The notes under the pieces: generated by a model
Told to the model about the DNA's origin: nothing
Databases searched by the model: none
What the model saw: the letters and a program-made list of their open reading frames with translations, nothing else
Position numbers and translations under genes: made by a program
IMG/VR virus record: IMGVR_UViG_3300044640_001495
Span: 186,001-250,000 of that record
Length of the DNA stretch: 64,000 nucleotides
Reading direction: 5' to 3' (one strand)
Shown: piece by piece, positions 21,515-29,704 of the stretch
Position numbering within the stretch: the first letter of the stretch is position 1
Layout of the letters: each line of letters opens with the position of its first letter

Positions 21515-21948
21515 TGACATGGTACTATAAGAAGAAAGAAGTTGTTGAAATCTCCGAAGATTACATCGGTTTCGTATATCTTATTACTAATGTCGTCTCT
21601 GGGCGCAAGTATATAGGCAAAAAACTAGCCAAGTTTGCAAAGACCACTTATAAAACAGTAACTTTGAAGAACGGCAAAAAGAAGAAAAAGAAAATTAGAG
21701 GCAAAATTGAAAGCGATTGGAAGGACTATTATGGTTCTAGCGATGCGCTAACAGCAGACGTACAGGCCTTAGGCAAAGAAAACTTCACCAGAGAAATATT
21801 ATTCTACTGCAAAAACAAATCAGAATGCAGCTACATCGAGGCAAGAGAACAATTCAAACACAAAGTTCTAGAATCAACTGACTGGTACAACGGTCACATA
21901 CAGGTTCGAGTTCACGGCTCACATATCCTCAAAAAACCCAAAATTTAA
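21514..21948 (+). CDS. Minimal GIY-YIG (Seg-like) endonuclease, 144 aa
   Basis: GFVYLITN..SGRKYIGKK, YYGSS, conserved E (YIEAREQ) and WYN; Lys-rich insert; no C-terminal DNA-binding domain. Confidence 0.85.
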   Translation: MTWYYKKKEVVEISEDYIGFVYLITNVVSGRKYIGKKLAKFAKTTYKTVTLKNGKKKKKKIRGKIESDWKDYYGSSDALTADVQALGKENFTREILFYCKNKSECSYIEAREQFKHKVLESTDWYNGHIQVRVHGSHILKKPKI

Positions 21949-21959
21949 CAAACACACAC

Positions 21960-22460
21960 CGCCACTAGGCTCAATAAATCTAGGCAACAAACTGCCAAAT
22001 AAGCCCGCACCGGCGTTGTTAGTGTGCCCTTAAAGCTGGATCTCGGATCGCAGTCAATGGAATTCCCTACTTGGCAGAGGGGTTGTACAGTAGTATCCTT
22101 AACAGGACCACGATCGGATATGCCTACAGAACCGGTTTACTGTACAAGAAAGTATTATATCAAGGCTAAAGATGGGAGAAAAACCCACGGTTGTTGCGCA
22201 AGACTGCGTTTGTGTAGCAATCCGCCGTCATTAATAAGACTTGGCTCGAGGTACCGGATGACCGCCTCTGTAAACGCCATAACGCCGTATGTACTGTGCA
22301 ACTCGCATAATGCTTCTTAGCCCGCAAGGGCTAAGTATGACTGAACAATCTGCATAATACTTAAATTGCTTCGCAATTACAATAATCAACACAGTTTAGG
22401 AGAAAGAAAATTCGTTGAGCGAAAGCGAAAACGAATGTGAGCTTCAGCTCACAATTACAA
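21960..22460 (+). ncRNA. Candidate large structured non-coding RNA (or structured origin)
   Basis: 540-nt gap in an otherwise compact genome. It contains a long-range helix (22011-22017/22281-22287), a 10-bp helix (22083-22092/22138-22147), a G-U-rich helix (22189-22223) and GNRA-capped hairpins (22316-22335, 22410-22436). Confidence 0.6.
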
Positions 22461-22466
22461 TAAATA
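22461..22466 (+). promoter_or_regulatory. Late promoter core TAAATA
   Basis: TAAATA 22 nt upstream of ATG 22489. Confidence 0.55.
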
Positions 22467-22488
22467 ACATATCAACCTTCGAGTAAAC

Positions 22489-23961
22489 ATGAGAGTAAGC
22501 AATATAATATTTGAACAACATATGATTAATTCTAATAAAATCCTATTAGAATCATGTCATGACCTTGATATCGAACAACAGGCAGTTGTTGAAGGTATTT
22601 ACAACGAGTTACGACCTTTAATCGAAGCTAGTCTTAGTGCTGATCAAATTAAAACTATATTTGGTAGTATAGAGAAGTCTGCAACTGATGCTGGCGGTAA
22701 TAGAACCATGCTGGGCAAAGGTGTTGACGTAGCTAAAAAAGCTGATGAAGTGGTCAACAACATTGGTAAATGGCTACAGGATACTACTCCAGTTAAGGCA
22801 TTTGATCAAAAGTTCGATAACTTAAAGAATAAAATCAATACCAAGTTTCCAGATAGTAAAATTTTAGATATGATTTCAAATATGGGAATCTATGCTACAA
22901 ACAATCCTGGAAAGACTGCTGCAATTATTGGTGTTCTAACTGCTATTGCTGCCTTAGCAGGCGGGCCAGTAGGCGGTGCTATTGCTGGTCAAGTACTGCG
23001 TGGTGCTGTAGAATTACTTAAAGGCGAAAAATTATCCACTGCCTTAGGCAAAGGTATTAAAACTGCTGCCTATGGTTTCATTGCAGGAAAGACTTTCGAA
23101 TTGCTAGGCGACGCAATCAAAGGCGGAGCACAGGTAGTTAAAGATAATCTGTTTCCAAACGCACTTCGTTTAAACATGACTCAGGTCTTTGATGAAGTTG
23201 GCGGTGAACTAGGTACTCGCTGGGCTAATTTTGAAATTAAAGGACTAGTTGGTAGACCTGAAGACATTAACACAGCTAAAAAATTGTTTGGCGAAGCTGG
23301 GCAATATTGGAAAGCCGGAGACTATGAGCAGAGTGCAGCCACTTGGAAATCACTGGAAGGCTTGATTGCTGACACATTCAACGATAAAGAATACATAGCG
23401 CAGATTGCGTCTGATCAAGCTAGTAGAACTATGATCAGTCAGGCAGCACAAGCTGCTCAAGAAGCTACTAAATATCTTGGAGCGGCTGCACAGGGTGCAG
23501 TAGCTGCCGCAGGAGTTAAAGGTGCTCCTGCTAAAAAAGAATCTATACAACATCATCAACGTCCCTTAAGTGAAGGACAAGTGTATCTGGTGTTTAAACG
23601 AATCACCGAATCGCAACTCAACGAAGGGCCAGCGGATGCTATCAAGGGTCTGGCTGGCAAGGTCATGAACAAGGCTCGCACAGTTGGCACCAATCTAACA
23701 ACTAAGATTACTGCTGACAAATTAAATTCTGCTTGGCAAAAGGCAGGCGCACCCGTTGACAGTGAAGAACTTAAAAAGTTTTTAACCACTCAAGGTGTTG
23801 ATGCTGCAATAGTAGACGGCGTATATAAATCTTTAAAAATCAAGAGTGGTGTTGCAGCCACATCTTTGTATGCACAAGTTAAAACAGATTTAGCAAAACT
23901 AGACATGAAAGGCAAACAGCGTCTTTCGGCTTATCTACAAAAACAATTAGGAACTGCTTAA
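22489..23961 (+). CDS. Probable internal head/ejection protein with a glycine-zipper hydrophobic segment
   Basis: Late promoter; L-x-E sites (LLES, LIEA, LSEG, LNEG) of the gp21 cleavage type; AAIIGVLTAIAALAGGPVGGAIAG hydrophobic stretch. Confidence 0.5.
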   Translation: MRVSNIIFEQHMINSNKILLESCHDLDIEQQAVVEGIYNELRPLIEASLSADQIKTIFGSIEKSATDAGGNRTMLGKGVDVAKKADEVVNNIGKWLQDTTPVKAFDQKFDNLKNKINTKFPDSKILDMISNMGIYATNNPGKTAAIIGVLTAIAALAGGPVGGAIAGQVLRGAVELLKGEKLSTALGKGIKTAAYGFIAGKTFELLGDAIKGGAQVVKDNLFPNALRLNMTQVFDEVGGELGTRWANFEIKGLVGRPEDINTAKKLFGEAGQYWKAGDYEQSAATWKSLEGLIADTFNDKEYIAQIASDQASRTMISQAAQAAQEATKYLGAAAQGAVAAAGVKGAPAKKESIQHHQRPLSEGQVYLVFKRITESQLNEGPADAIKGLAGKVMNKARTVGTNLTTKITADKLNSAWQKAGAPVDSEELKKFLTTQGVDAAIVDGVYKSLKIKSGVAATSLYAQVKTDLAKLDMKGKQRLSAYLQKQLGTA

Positions 23962-23962
23962 A

Positions 23963-24871
23963 ATGAAAATCTCTGAACTCCTCGTGGAAAGTCAACAGTT
24001 AGATGAAGGTCCAATTTTAAATAAAATTGGCTCTGCTGTGGGCAAAGGTGTTGGCGCAGTAGCCAAAGGTGTTGGCGCAGTAGCGGGTGGAGTAGCTGGC
24101 CTTGGGTCTGCTGTAAAAAAAGGATTTCAAGCAGGTAAAGCCACTGTAGGCGGCGCTGGCGATAATGCAGATCCAGCAGCAGATAATAGAAATATATTAC
24201 AAAAAGTAAGAGACACAATGCCTGGTTCAAAGGCTACAGCAGCCACAGGTGGTAGCACTGCTCAAACGGCACAAGATTCTCCTGCACCTGCAACAGGTGG
24301 CAGCACTGCTCAAACAACACAGCCTCCACAATCTACAAATAACAAAGCACCCGCTCAGAATAAATCGACATCAGCATTTGGAAAATTATCTGGGGCCGCC
24401 GCAGGACAACCAACCGACAATGCAGCAGTTAGCGGTGGTACACAGTATGCTCAAGTTAAAGCAAATATTGATAAACTTGACAAGAAAGGTAAACAACGTA
24501 TTCTACAGTTGTTGCAGAAAGAAGTTGGCACAGTGCCTGCAACTCCTAAGCCTACACCTGCTAAATCTACCGCAGGTGTTGCGCCAGCAAAACCCGCAGC
24601 AGCACCAACAGCAACAACTACTAAACCAGCATCGGTCCCGGCAGCGCCAGGAAAAGTTTTAAGAAAACCAAGAGCATTACAACAACCAGCTGCTGGAGAA
24701 GTGTCAGCTGCTGAACCAGCAGCTACTACAAAAAAATCAAGAACAAAAGCAGCTCCAACTCAAGCAGAAATTGATGCTGACCGTGAAAGAATTATGGGAG
24801 TAACTAGTGACAGCATTATTAGAACTAGGCCAATGATGGCAGAAGGTTTTAATTTGGTTAGAAAGCGTTAA
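23963..24871 (+). CDS. Probable internal head protein, Ala/Pro/Thr/Lys-rich
   Basis: MKISELLVESQQLDEG N-terminus; low-complexity linkers; shares a 30-aa motif with the upstream protein. Confidence 0.5.
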   Translation: MKISELLVESQQLDEGPILNKIGSAVGKGVGAVAKGVGAVAGGVAGLGSAVKKGFQAGKATVGGAGDNADPAADNRNILQKVRDTMPGSKATAATGGSTAQTAQDSPAPATGGSTAQTTQPPQSTNNKAPAQNKSTSAFGKLSGAAAGQPTDNAAVSGGTQYAQVKANIDKLDKKGKQRILQLLQKEVGTVPATPKPTPAKSTAGVAPAKPAAAPTATTTKPASVPAAPGKVLRKPRALQQPAAGEVSAAEPAATTKKSRTKAAPTQAEIDADRERIMGVTSDSIIRTRPMMAEGFNLVRKR

Positions 24872-24876
24872 TAAAC

Positions 24877-24902
24877 AAAAAGGACTCCTAGGAGTCCTTT
24901 TT
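24877..24902. terminator. Bidirectional intrinsic terminator
   Basis: Perfect 26-bp palindrome AAAAAGGACTCCTAGGAGTCCTTTTT between convergent genes. Confidence 0.9.
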
Positions 24903-24904
24903 TA

Positions 24905-25135
24905 TTAGAAGAACGGTAATCCGCTTTTCTTTGTAGTTTCTAAATTGTCTTTGATAATTTCACTAATGATCGAACGTTCTTCCCAACTCAAAGCCATGGC
25001 TTCGTCATAACTCATGCCTCGCATGTACCAACATATTTTTAATATGTCTTTTTTTAATTCTCTAGCCTCTTTTTCCAGCTCCGCAATATACAGTAGAATC
25101 TCCGGCTGAGGAAGTGTTAAGATCCTACCACGAAA
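24905..25135 (-). CDS. gp51-like baseplate hub assembly segment, probably expressed as a -1 frameshift extension of gp26
   Basis: ICWYMRGMSYDEAMALSWEERSII resembles gp51 and tail chaperone GT tails. The ORF overlaps the gp26 3' end in the -1 frame and has no convincing start of its own. Confidence 0.65.
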   Translation of the reverse strand, partial: FRGRILTLPQPEILLYIAELEKEARELKKDILKICWYMRGMSYDEAMALSWEERSIISEIIKDNLETTKKSGLPFF

Positions 25136-25989
25136 AAATTTGTTTGATCCATAGCAATTTCTAATGTGAATTTGTGCTGGCATTCTTCACACTCTACTCC
25201 TTCTGCTTTCAGCGCCATAATATCTTTCATTTCTTTGATTTGATCATTTACTAGATTGAAAATTTCACTTGAAGTGTTTTCCATAAATTCTTTCAACATG
25301 GCTTTATCAGTAACTGTACCATCTGGAGTTTCAATGCTGTCAATACAGTTAACCACTACATCTACAGTCATGCCTGTGAGATTTACAAAACTTTCTCCAA
25401 ATTTTGCTACTTTTTCTTCGTCTGATAACTCGTTGTCATTGACAATGGCAATTAATTTCTGCTGTTCGAATGTTTTAATAGCAATTTTTGTAAGTTCTTT
25501 GTAGGTATAGGGTCGAATATTTAATTTCAATTCACTCACAGCAAGTGTGTCATTGTATACAAAATCGCCTACTTTGTCTAGGAATGACAATAAATTTATA
25601 TCGTACTCATTACGGTGATCACAAGCAGGACAAGAACTCTTTACTTCCATTCTTTCACCATAGGTGGCAATACGAATGGCAATCAGCACCGGATCCATAT
25701 CTATACTAGGCATCAGCCAAGGATTTTTTATAGCTGGTACGCAGCTTTTTATTACTTCTACAGTGGCAGCACCATTCATTAATGCGTCAGGAGTTTTGAA
25801 CATTAATTCGTCTTTGGCTGTCATGGCAAACACAGGATATTCTTCAGTTTCGCTGATATCCAACGAGCCTTCTGGATAAAACTTTCCCTTACTGGGTAAT
25901 TTCAAATACAATTTTGGTTGTCTAAAATAGTTGGCCAGAGGGTTGTGAACTGTTTTCCTCATTGGTTGCGGAATGGTTTGATCAGGCAT
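25117..25989 (-). CDS. gp26: Baseplate hub assembly protein, T4 gp26-like
   Basis: LKLPSKG..PVFAMTAKDEL..., DMDPVLIAIRIATYGE, CPAC and CEEC zinc-type pairs, IRPYTY. Confidence 0.8.
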   Translation of the reverse strand: MPDQTIPQPMRKTVHNPLANYFRQPKLYLKLPSKGKFYPEGSLDISETEEYPVFAMTAKDELMFKTPDALMNGAATVEVIKSCVPAIKNPWLMPSIDMDPVLIAIRIATYGERMEVKSSCPACDHRNEYDINLLSFLDKVGDFVYNDTLAVSELKLNIRPYTYKELTKIAIKTFEQQKLIAIVNDNELSDEEKVAKFGESFVNLTGMTVDVVVNCIDSIETPDGTVTDKAMLKEFMENTSSEIFNLVNDQIKEMKDIMALKAEGVECEECQHKFTLEIAMDQTNFFVVGS

Positions 25990-26002
25990 TTTTTTTCTCC
26001 GA

Positions 26003-26030
26003 TAAATACTTTATCTACATTGTATTTATA
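26003..26030. promoter_or_regulatory. Face-to-face late promoters: TAAATA (+, 26003-26008) for the tape measure gene and a perfect TATAAATA (-, 26023-26030) for gp26
   Basis: Both motifs lie in the 67-bp gap between divergent genes. Confidence 0.65.
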
Positions 26031-26056
26031 TACGTAGTTTTTGGGGTTTACAATAA

Positions 26057-29000
26057 ATGGCAGAAGTCTTCGGCGATCTTGGCGGGCAACCAATTCAACT
26101 TAATAATGCAGCTACAGAAGCTACGTTAAAACAACTTCTTGCGGCCATGCTGGCGCAGGTGGCCATGCAGAACAAAGGTACCAAAAAAGACAATGCCACA
26201 CAAAAAGAACTAGAAAAAGAACTGACCAGACTGGCAGGATCAGCTAAAGCTGTAACTAAAGCCAATGACGAACTGAGTAAATCTGCAAAGAAAAAACTAG
26301 CAGATGCTGATGCCGAAGCCAAGGCCCGTAAAAAAGCTGCGGATCTAGAACAGCAACAAATAAAAAGTCTGCAAATGGCTATTTCTGCTACAGATGCATT
26401 TGCCAACGGACTTGAACGAGGAATAACATCACTATCTAGAACCATAAGCACATTTTCAAATTTAAATTCAAGTTTTACTTCAGCTGCCAGTGCCATGTCA
26501 GGTATTCCGTTAGTAGGAGGAGCATTAGCCTCAGTGTTTGGTACGGTGGCACAAGCAGGTGAACGTACTTATAAAGCATTTCAACAGGCATCTAGTGTTG
26601 GTGCAAATTTTGGAGGCAGTATCAATGACATGATAGATTCTGCCACTAGTGCCGGCTTGACCTTTGATCAATTTTCTTCAGTGATTGCAAAAAATGGTGA
26701 AAACATTGCCATGTTAGGACAAGGAGCAGGAGATGGTGCTAAACGCTTAGCCGAACTTGGAGCCAAGATTCGAAAAAGTCCCTTATCCGCTGATCTAGCT
26801 AGACTGGGCTATACCACTGAAGACATAAACGGTGGTATGGCTAGATATGCAGGTATCTTGGCCAAGACTGGCCAGCTTGAAGGAAAAACAAATGCAGAAT
26901 TAGTACAAGGCAGTGCCGATTACCTTAAAAATATGGATGCTTTATCTAAATTGACCGGTAAAAGTAAGGACGCACTGAAAGCAGAACAAGATGCATTGAT
27001 GGCGGATGCAGCCTATAGAATTAAACTGAATAGCTTGGATGCTAAAGGACAAGAACAACTTAATGCATTAATGCTGTCGACACCAAAACATCTGCAGGCC
27101 GGATTAAAAGAAATAATCGCCTTTGGTGGTGCCACTTCTGCCGCAGGTACAAATTATATAATGATGGCTCAGCAAAGTGCAGGAGCAGCAAATCAGGCAT
27201 ATGCAGAAATGGAGCGTACGGGAACGCTGACCGCAAAAACAGCTCAAAACGTATACGATGTACAGAGAGCAGAAGCACAAGCAATAATAAAATCACCCTC
27301 AGGAAAATTATTTGCCAATGTGGGTGATTCAATACAGCAAGGTATAATACTAAGTATGTCTGACCTAGCTGCACAAAGTGGCTCCTTCACTGAAATTACA
27401 AAAAAACGCCAAGAAGCAGAAGCTGCTGCTGCTGCAAAGAGGGAAGCAGGGATAAAGGACGGATTAGATCCATCTCAACTGCAACAATTTCAAACACTGA
27501 TAGCCGAAATCAATAATCGACTCACAAAGATGGCGGCACAGTTTATGCCTGAACTAGAGTCAGCATTTAGAAAACTTGCAGATTTCACTGAAGCATACAT
27601 CGTGCCTGTGTTTAAGTTTATGTTGGAATACATTGAAGAAGTGATAATTGGCCTGGCAGTTTTAAAAGGGGCTGCACTGGCCTTTAAAGCCTATTTGGCT
27701 GTGAAAGAGTTCAAGGCTTCACTACGCGGTACCCCCGGTAATCCGATGTATGTGAAAGAAGAAGGTGGTGGAAGAGGAAGGGGAAGAGGAAGGGGAAGAG
27801 GAAGGGGAAGAGGTAGAGGTGGCAGAGTACCAACTCCATCAGGTGGTGGCAGAGTACCAACTCCATCAGGTGGTGGCAGAGTACCAACTCCAACTGCAGG
27901 AGGTGCAACCAATCTGCTGAAGGGTGTTGCATTACCTGCGATTGTAGCAGGTGCCGTGGGCTACGGTGTGGACGCTGCGGCAGGTGCGCTAGGTGTTGGT
28001 GGAAAAGAAATTGATGAAGCGCAAGATGACAAAAATTGGCAACAATTTAACCTGATCGAGAAAGCGGAATCTAGTCTGGCTAGAACAATAGAAAATGTAG
28101 GAAGTTTTATTGGCCTTAGTAATATGGCTAATCAAGCGAGAAGCGAGAGAATAGCCTTAGAAACAGCGCATCTAGCAGCCAAGACTGGTTCCACTGCCCA
28201 AGATCCAGAAGCTCTGCGCAAGATTGCCGAAGACCAGCAGGCGTCGCTAGACGATTCAAAAAAACTGCAGGACCAGCTCAAAGAAGAATTACGTGTTAAA
28301 AAAGAAGCGTTGGCGCTTGCTATCAAAGCGAATCAGCAGGCAAGATTTTCTGCAGCCACACAACAGGCACAACGAGCACTGGATAAGGAAAAACGTGAGA
28401 TTGAAGCAAGATTGGCAGCAAATGGTAAAAAAGTACAAGAAGGCCTAACAGCTACTACCAAAGCATTAGATGCTGCAAAGAAAGCCGAACTCGATGCTGT
28501 AAAAAAAGCAGAAGAAGCAGCTAAAACAACAACCGAAAAACAACCAGAGTTGAATTTCAATAGTCCTCAACAATTGTATGACTCATTCCGAAATCAACGT
28601 AATGGAGGTGCCGGAGCTCCGCAAATAGCACCGCCGAGCGGTCAACCAGGTGGCAGCTCATCTTCATCTGCAATTGGTACTGGTCTAGGTGCAGTAGCAG
28701 AAAAATATGAGTCAGCTGGAAGAGGCAGCGGCACAGTTGGTTGGGACAAAAGCGGTGGTACTAGCTACGGTAAAAAACAAATTTCATCCAGAGCCGGTGC
28801 TATGACCGACTATCTTAAGTTCCTTGAAAAGACAGGAAAAGGAGATGTTGCTAAAAAATTACGTGATGCAGGAATAGAAAAGGACACTGGTAGTACCAGT
28901 GGTAAAGCAGTTGATGTGTGGAAAGAAGTTGCAGCTAGCGGTGCGTTAGGCAACAGCGAAAATGAGTTTTTAGGACAAGGCTATCAAACGGCTCTAAGAG

Positions 29001-29632
29001 GCCTAAAAGATCAAAGTCTACAATCAAGAATTAGCGGTAGTCGTGCTCTTCAAGAAATGTTGTTTAGTACCGCTGTACAACACGGCGCCGGCGGCGCAAT
29101 GGGAATCTTTAACAGCGTGTTTAAGCCGGGCATGACAGACGAACAATTGGTAAAAGCTGTTTATGCGGAAAGGGGAGCGGATGGTGGAAAGAAACACTTT
29201 ACCAAAAGTAGTGCCAATGAAAGAGCCGGAGTTGTAAACAGATTCGGAAGAGAACAACAAGATATATTAGGATTATTAGGAACGCCTGGCACAGCGCCGG
29301 GTAGCCCCACTACAGCGCAATCAGCTGCAACCACTCCTACTACAGCGCAATCAGCCGCAATAATTCCTACCGCTACGCAGGTGGTTGCGGCAACCGCCCC
29401 CACTGCTGTTGCAGCAGTGCCTCCAGGAGCCATTGCTCCAACTAATCCAGGAACAGGAGCTGCAGGAGCTGGTGGTGGATCAAATCAGAATGTGGTGTTG
29501 GCCAGCTTGGATTTGTTAAATAAACAGATGGGGCAATTGATTGCAATCAGTACTGCTATTAGAGATGTCAATGACAGTCAATTACGCGGTATTCGTGCTA
29601 TGAGTAATGATGGCTTTATGAGTGCTGGTTAA
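26057..29632 (+). CDS. Tape measure-like protein with a C-terminal VgrG3-like peptidoglycan hydrolase domain
   Basis: 1191 aa, Ala-rich helical with hydrophobic segments, next to gp26/gp51; LGAVAEKYESAGRGSGTVGWDKSGGTSYGKKQ...MLFSTAVQHGAGGA...VYAERG...VVNRF. Confidence 0.7.
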   Translation: MAEVFGDLGGQPIQLNNAATEATLKQLLAAMLAQVAMQNKGTKKDNATQKELEKELTRLAGSAKAVTKANDELSKSAKKKLADADAEAKARKKAADLEQQQIKSLQMAISATDAFANGLERGITSLSRTISTFSNLNSSFTSAASAMSGIPLVGGALASVFGTVAQAGERTYKAFQQASSVGANFGGSINDMIDSATSAGLTFDQFSSVIAKNGENIAMLGQGAGDGAKRLAELGAKIRKSPLSADLARLGYTTEDINGGMARYAGILAKTGQLEGKTNAELVQGSADYLKNMDALSKLTGKSKDALKAEQDALMADAAYRIKLNSLDAKGQEQLNALMLSTPKHLQAGLKEIIAFGGATSAAGTNYIMMAQQSAGAANQAYAEMERTGTLTAKTAQNVYDVQRAEAQAIIKSPSGKLFANVGDSIQQGIILSMSDLAAQSGSFTEITKKRQEAEAAAAAKREAGIKDGLDPSQLQQFQTLIAEINNRLTKMAAQFMPELESAFRKLADFTEAYIVPVFKFMLEYIEEVIIGLAVLKGAALAFKAYLAVKEFKASLRGTPGNPMYVKEEGGGRGRGRGRGRGRGRGRGGRVPTPSGGGRVPTPSGGGRVPTPTAGGATNLLKGVALPAIVAGAVGYGVDAAAGALGVGGKEIDEAQDDKNWQQFNLIEKAESSLARTIENVGSFIGLSNMANQARSERIALETAHLAAKTGSTAQDPEALRKIAEDQQASLDDSKKLQDQLKEELRVKKEALALAIKANQQARFSAATQQAQRALDKEKREIEARLAANGKKVQEGLTATTKALDAAKKAELDAVKKAEEAAKTTTEKQPELNFNSPQQLYDSFRNQRNGGAGAPQIAPPSGQPGGSSSSSAIGTGLGAVAEKYESAGRGSGTVGWDKSGGTSYGKKQISSRAGAMTDYLKFLEKTGKGDVAKKLRDAGIEKDTGSTSGKAVDVWKEVAASGALGNSENEFLGQGYQTALRGLKDQSLQSRISGSRALQEMLFSTAVQHGAGGAMGIFNSVFKPGMTDEQLVKAVYAERGADGGKKHFTKSSANERAGVVNRFGREQQDILGLLGTPGTAPGSPTTAQSAATTPTTAQSAAIIPTATQVVAATAPTAVAAVPPGAIAPTNPGTGAAGAGGGSNQNVVLASLDLLNKQMGQLIAISTAIRDVNDSQLRGIRAMSNDGFMSAG
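27770..27892 (+). repeat. Tandem repeats in the tape measure gene: 12-bp GGAAGAGGAAGG x about 4 (RG tract), then a 27-bp unit x about 3 (GGGRVPTPS)
   Basis: Read directly from the sequence. Confidence 0.9.
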
Positions 29633-29704
29633 TTGCGTATTGAAACATGGCAACAGAACTGCGTTTGATTGTGCCTTAACAATTACATTTTGGAAATTTG
29701 ATCC

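Noticed and set aside
22024-22320. 98-aa + strand ORF inside the structured region
   Set aside because: GTG start without an SD, atypical composition, and it coincides with dense base-pairing; more likely incidental
21949-22488. Group I or II intron, RNase P or tmRNA identity for the structured region
   Set aside because: No interrupted host gene and no recognisable group I P7 elements. GCCGTATG at about 22284 resembles a group II domain V start but the helix does not close. No RNase P GAGGAAAGUCC motif and no tRNA-like ends.
24040-24320. Short direct repeats as a possible CRISPR array
   Set aside because: They are in-frame coding repeats (KGVGAVA x2; ATGGSTAQT x2) without a unique-spacer architecture or cas genes
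29633-29704. Gap before the portal gene lacking an obvious SD or TAAATA
   Set aside because: No convincing structure or motif found; probably read-through from the tape measure transcript
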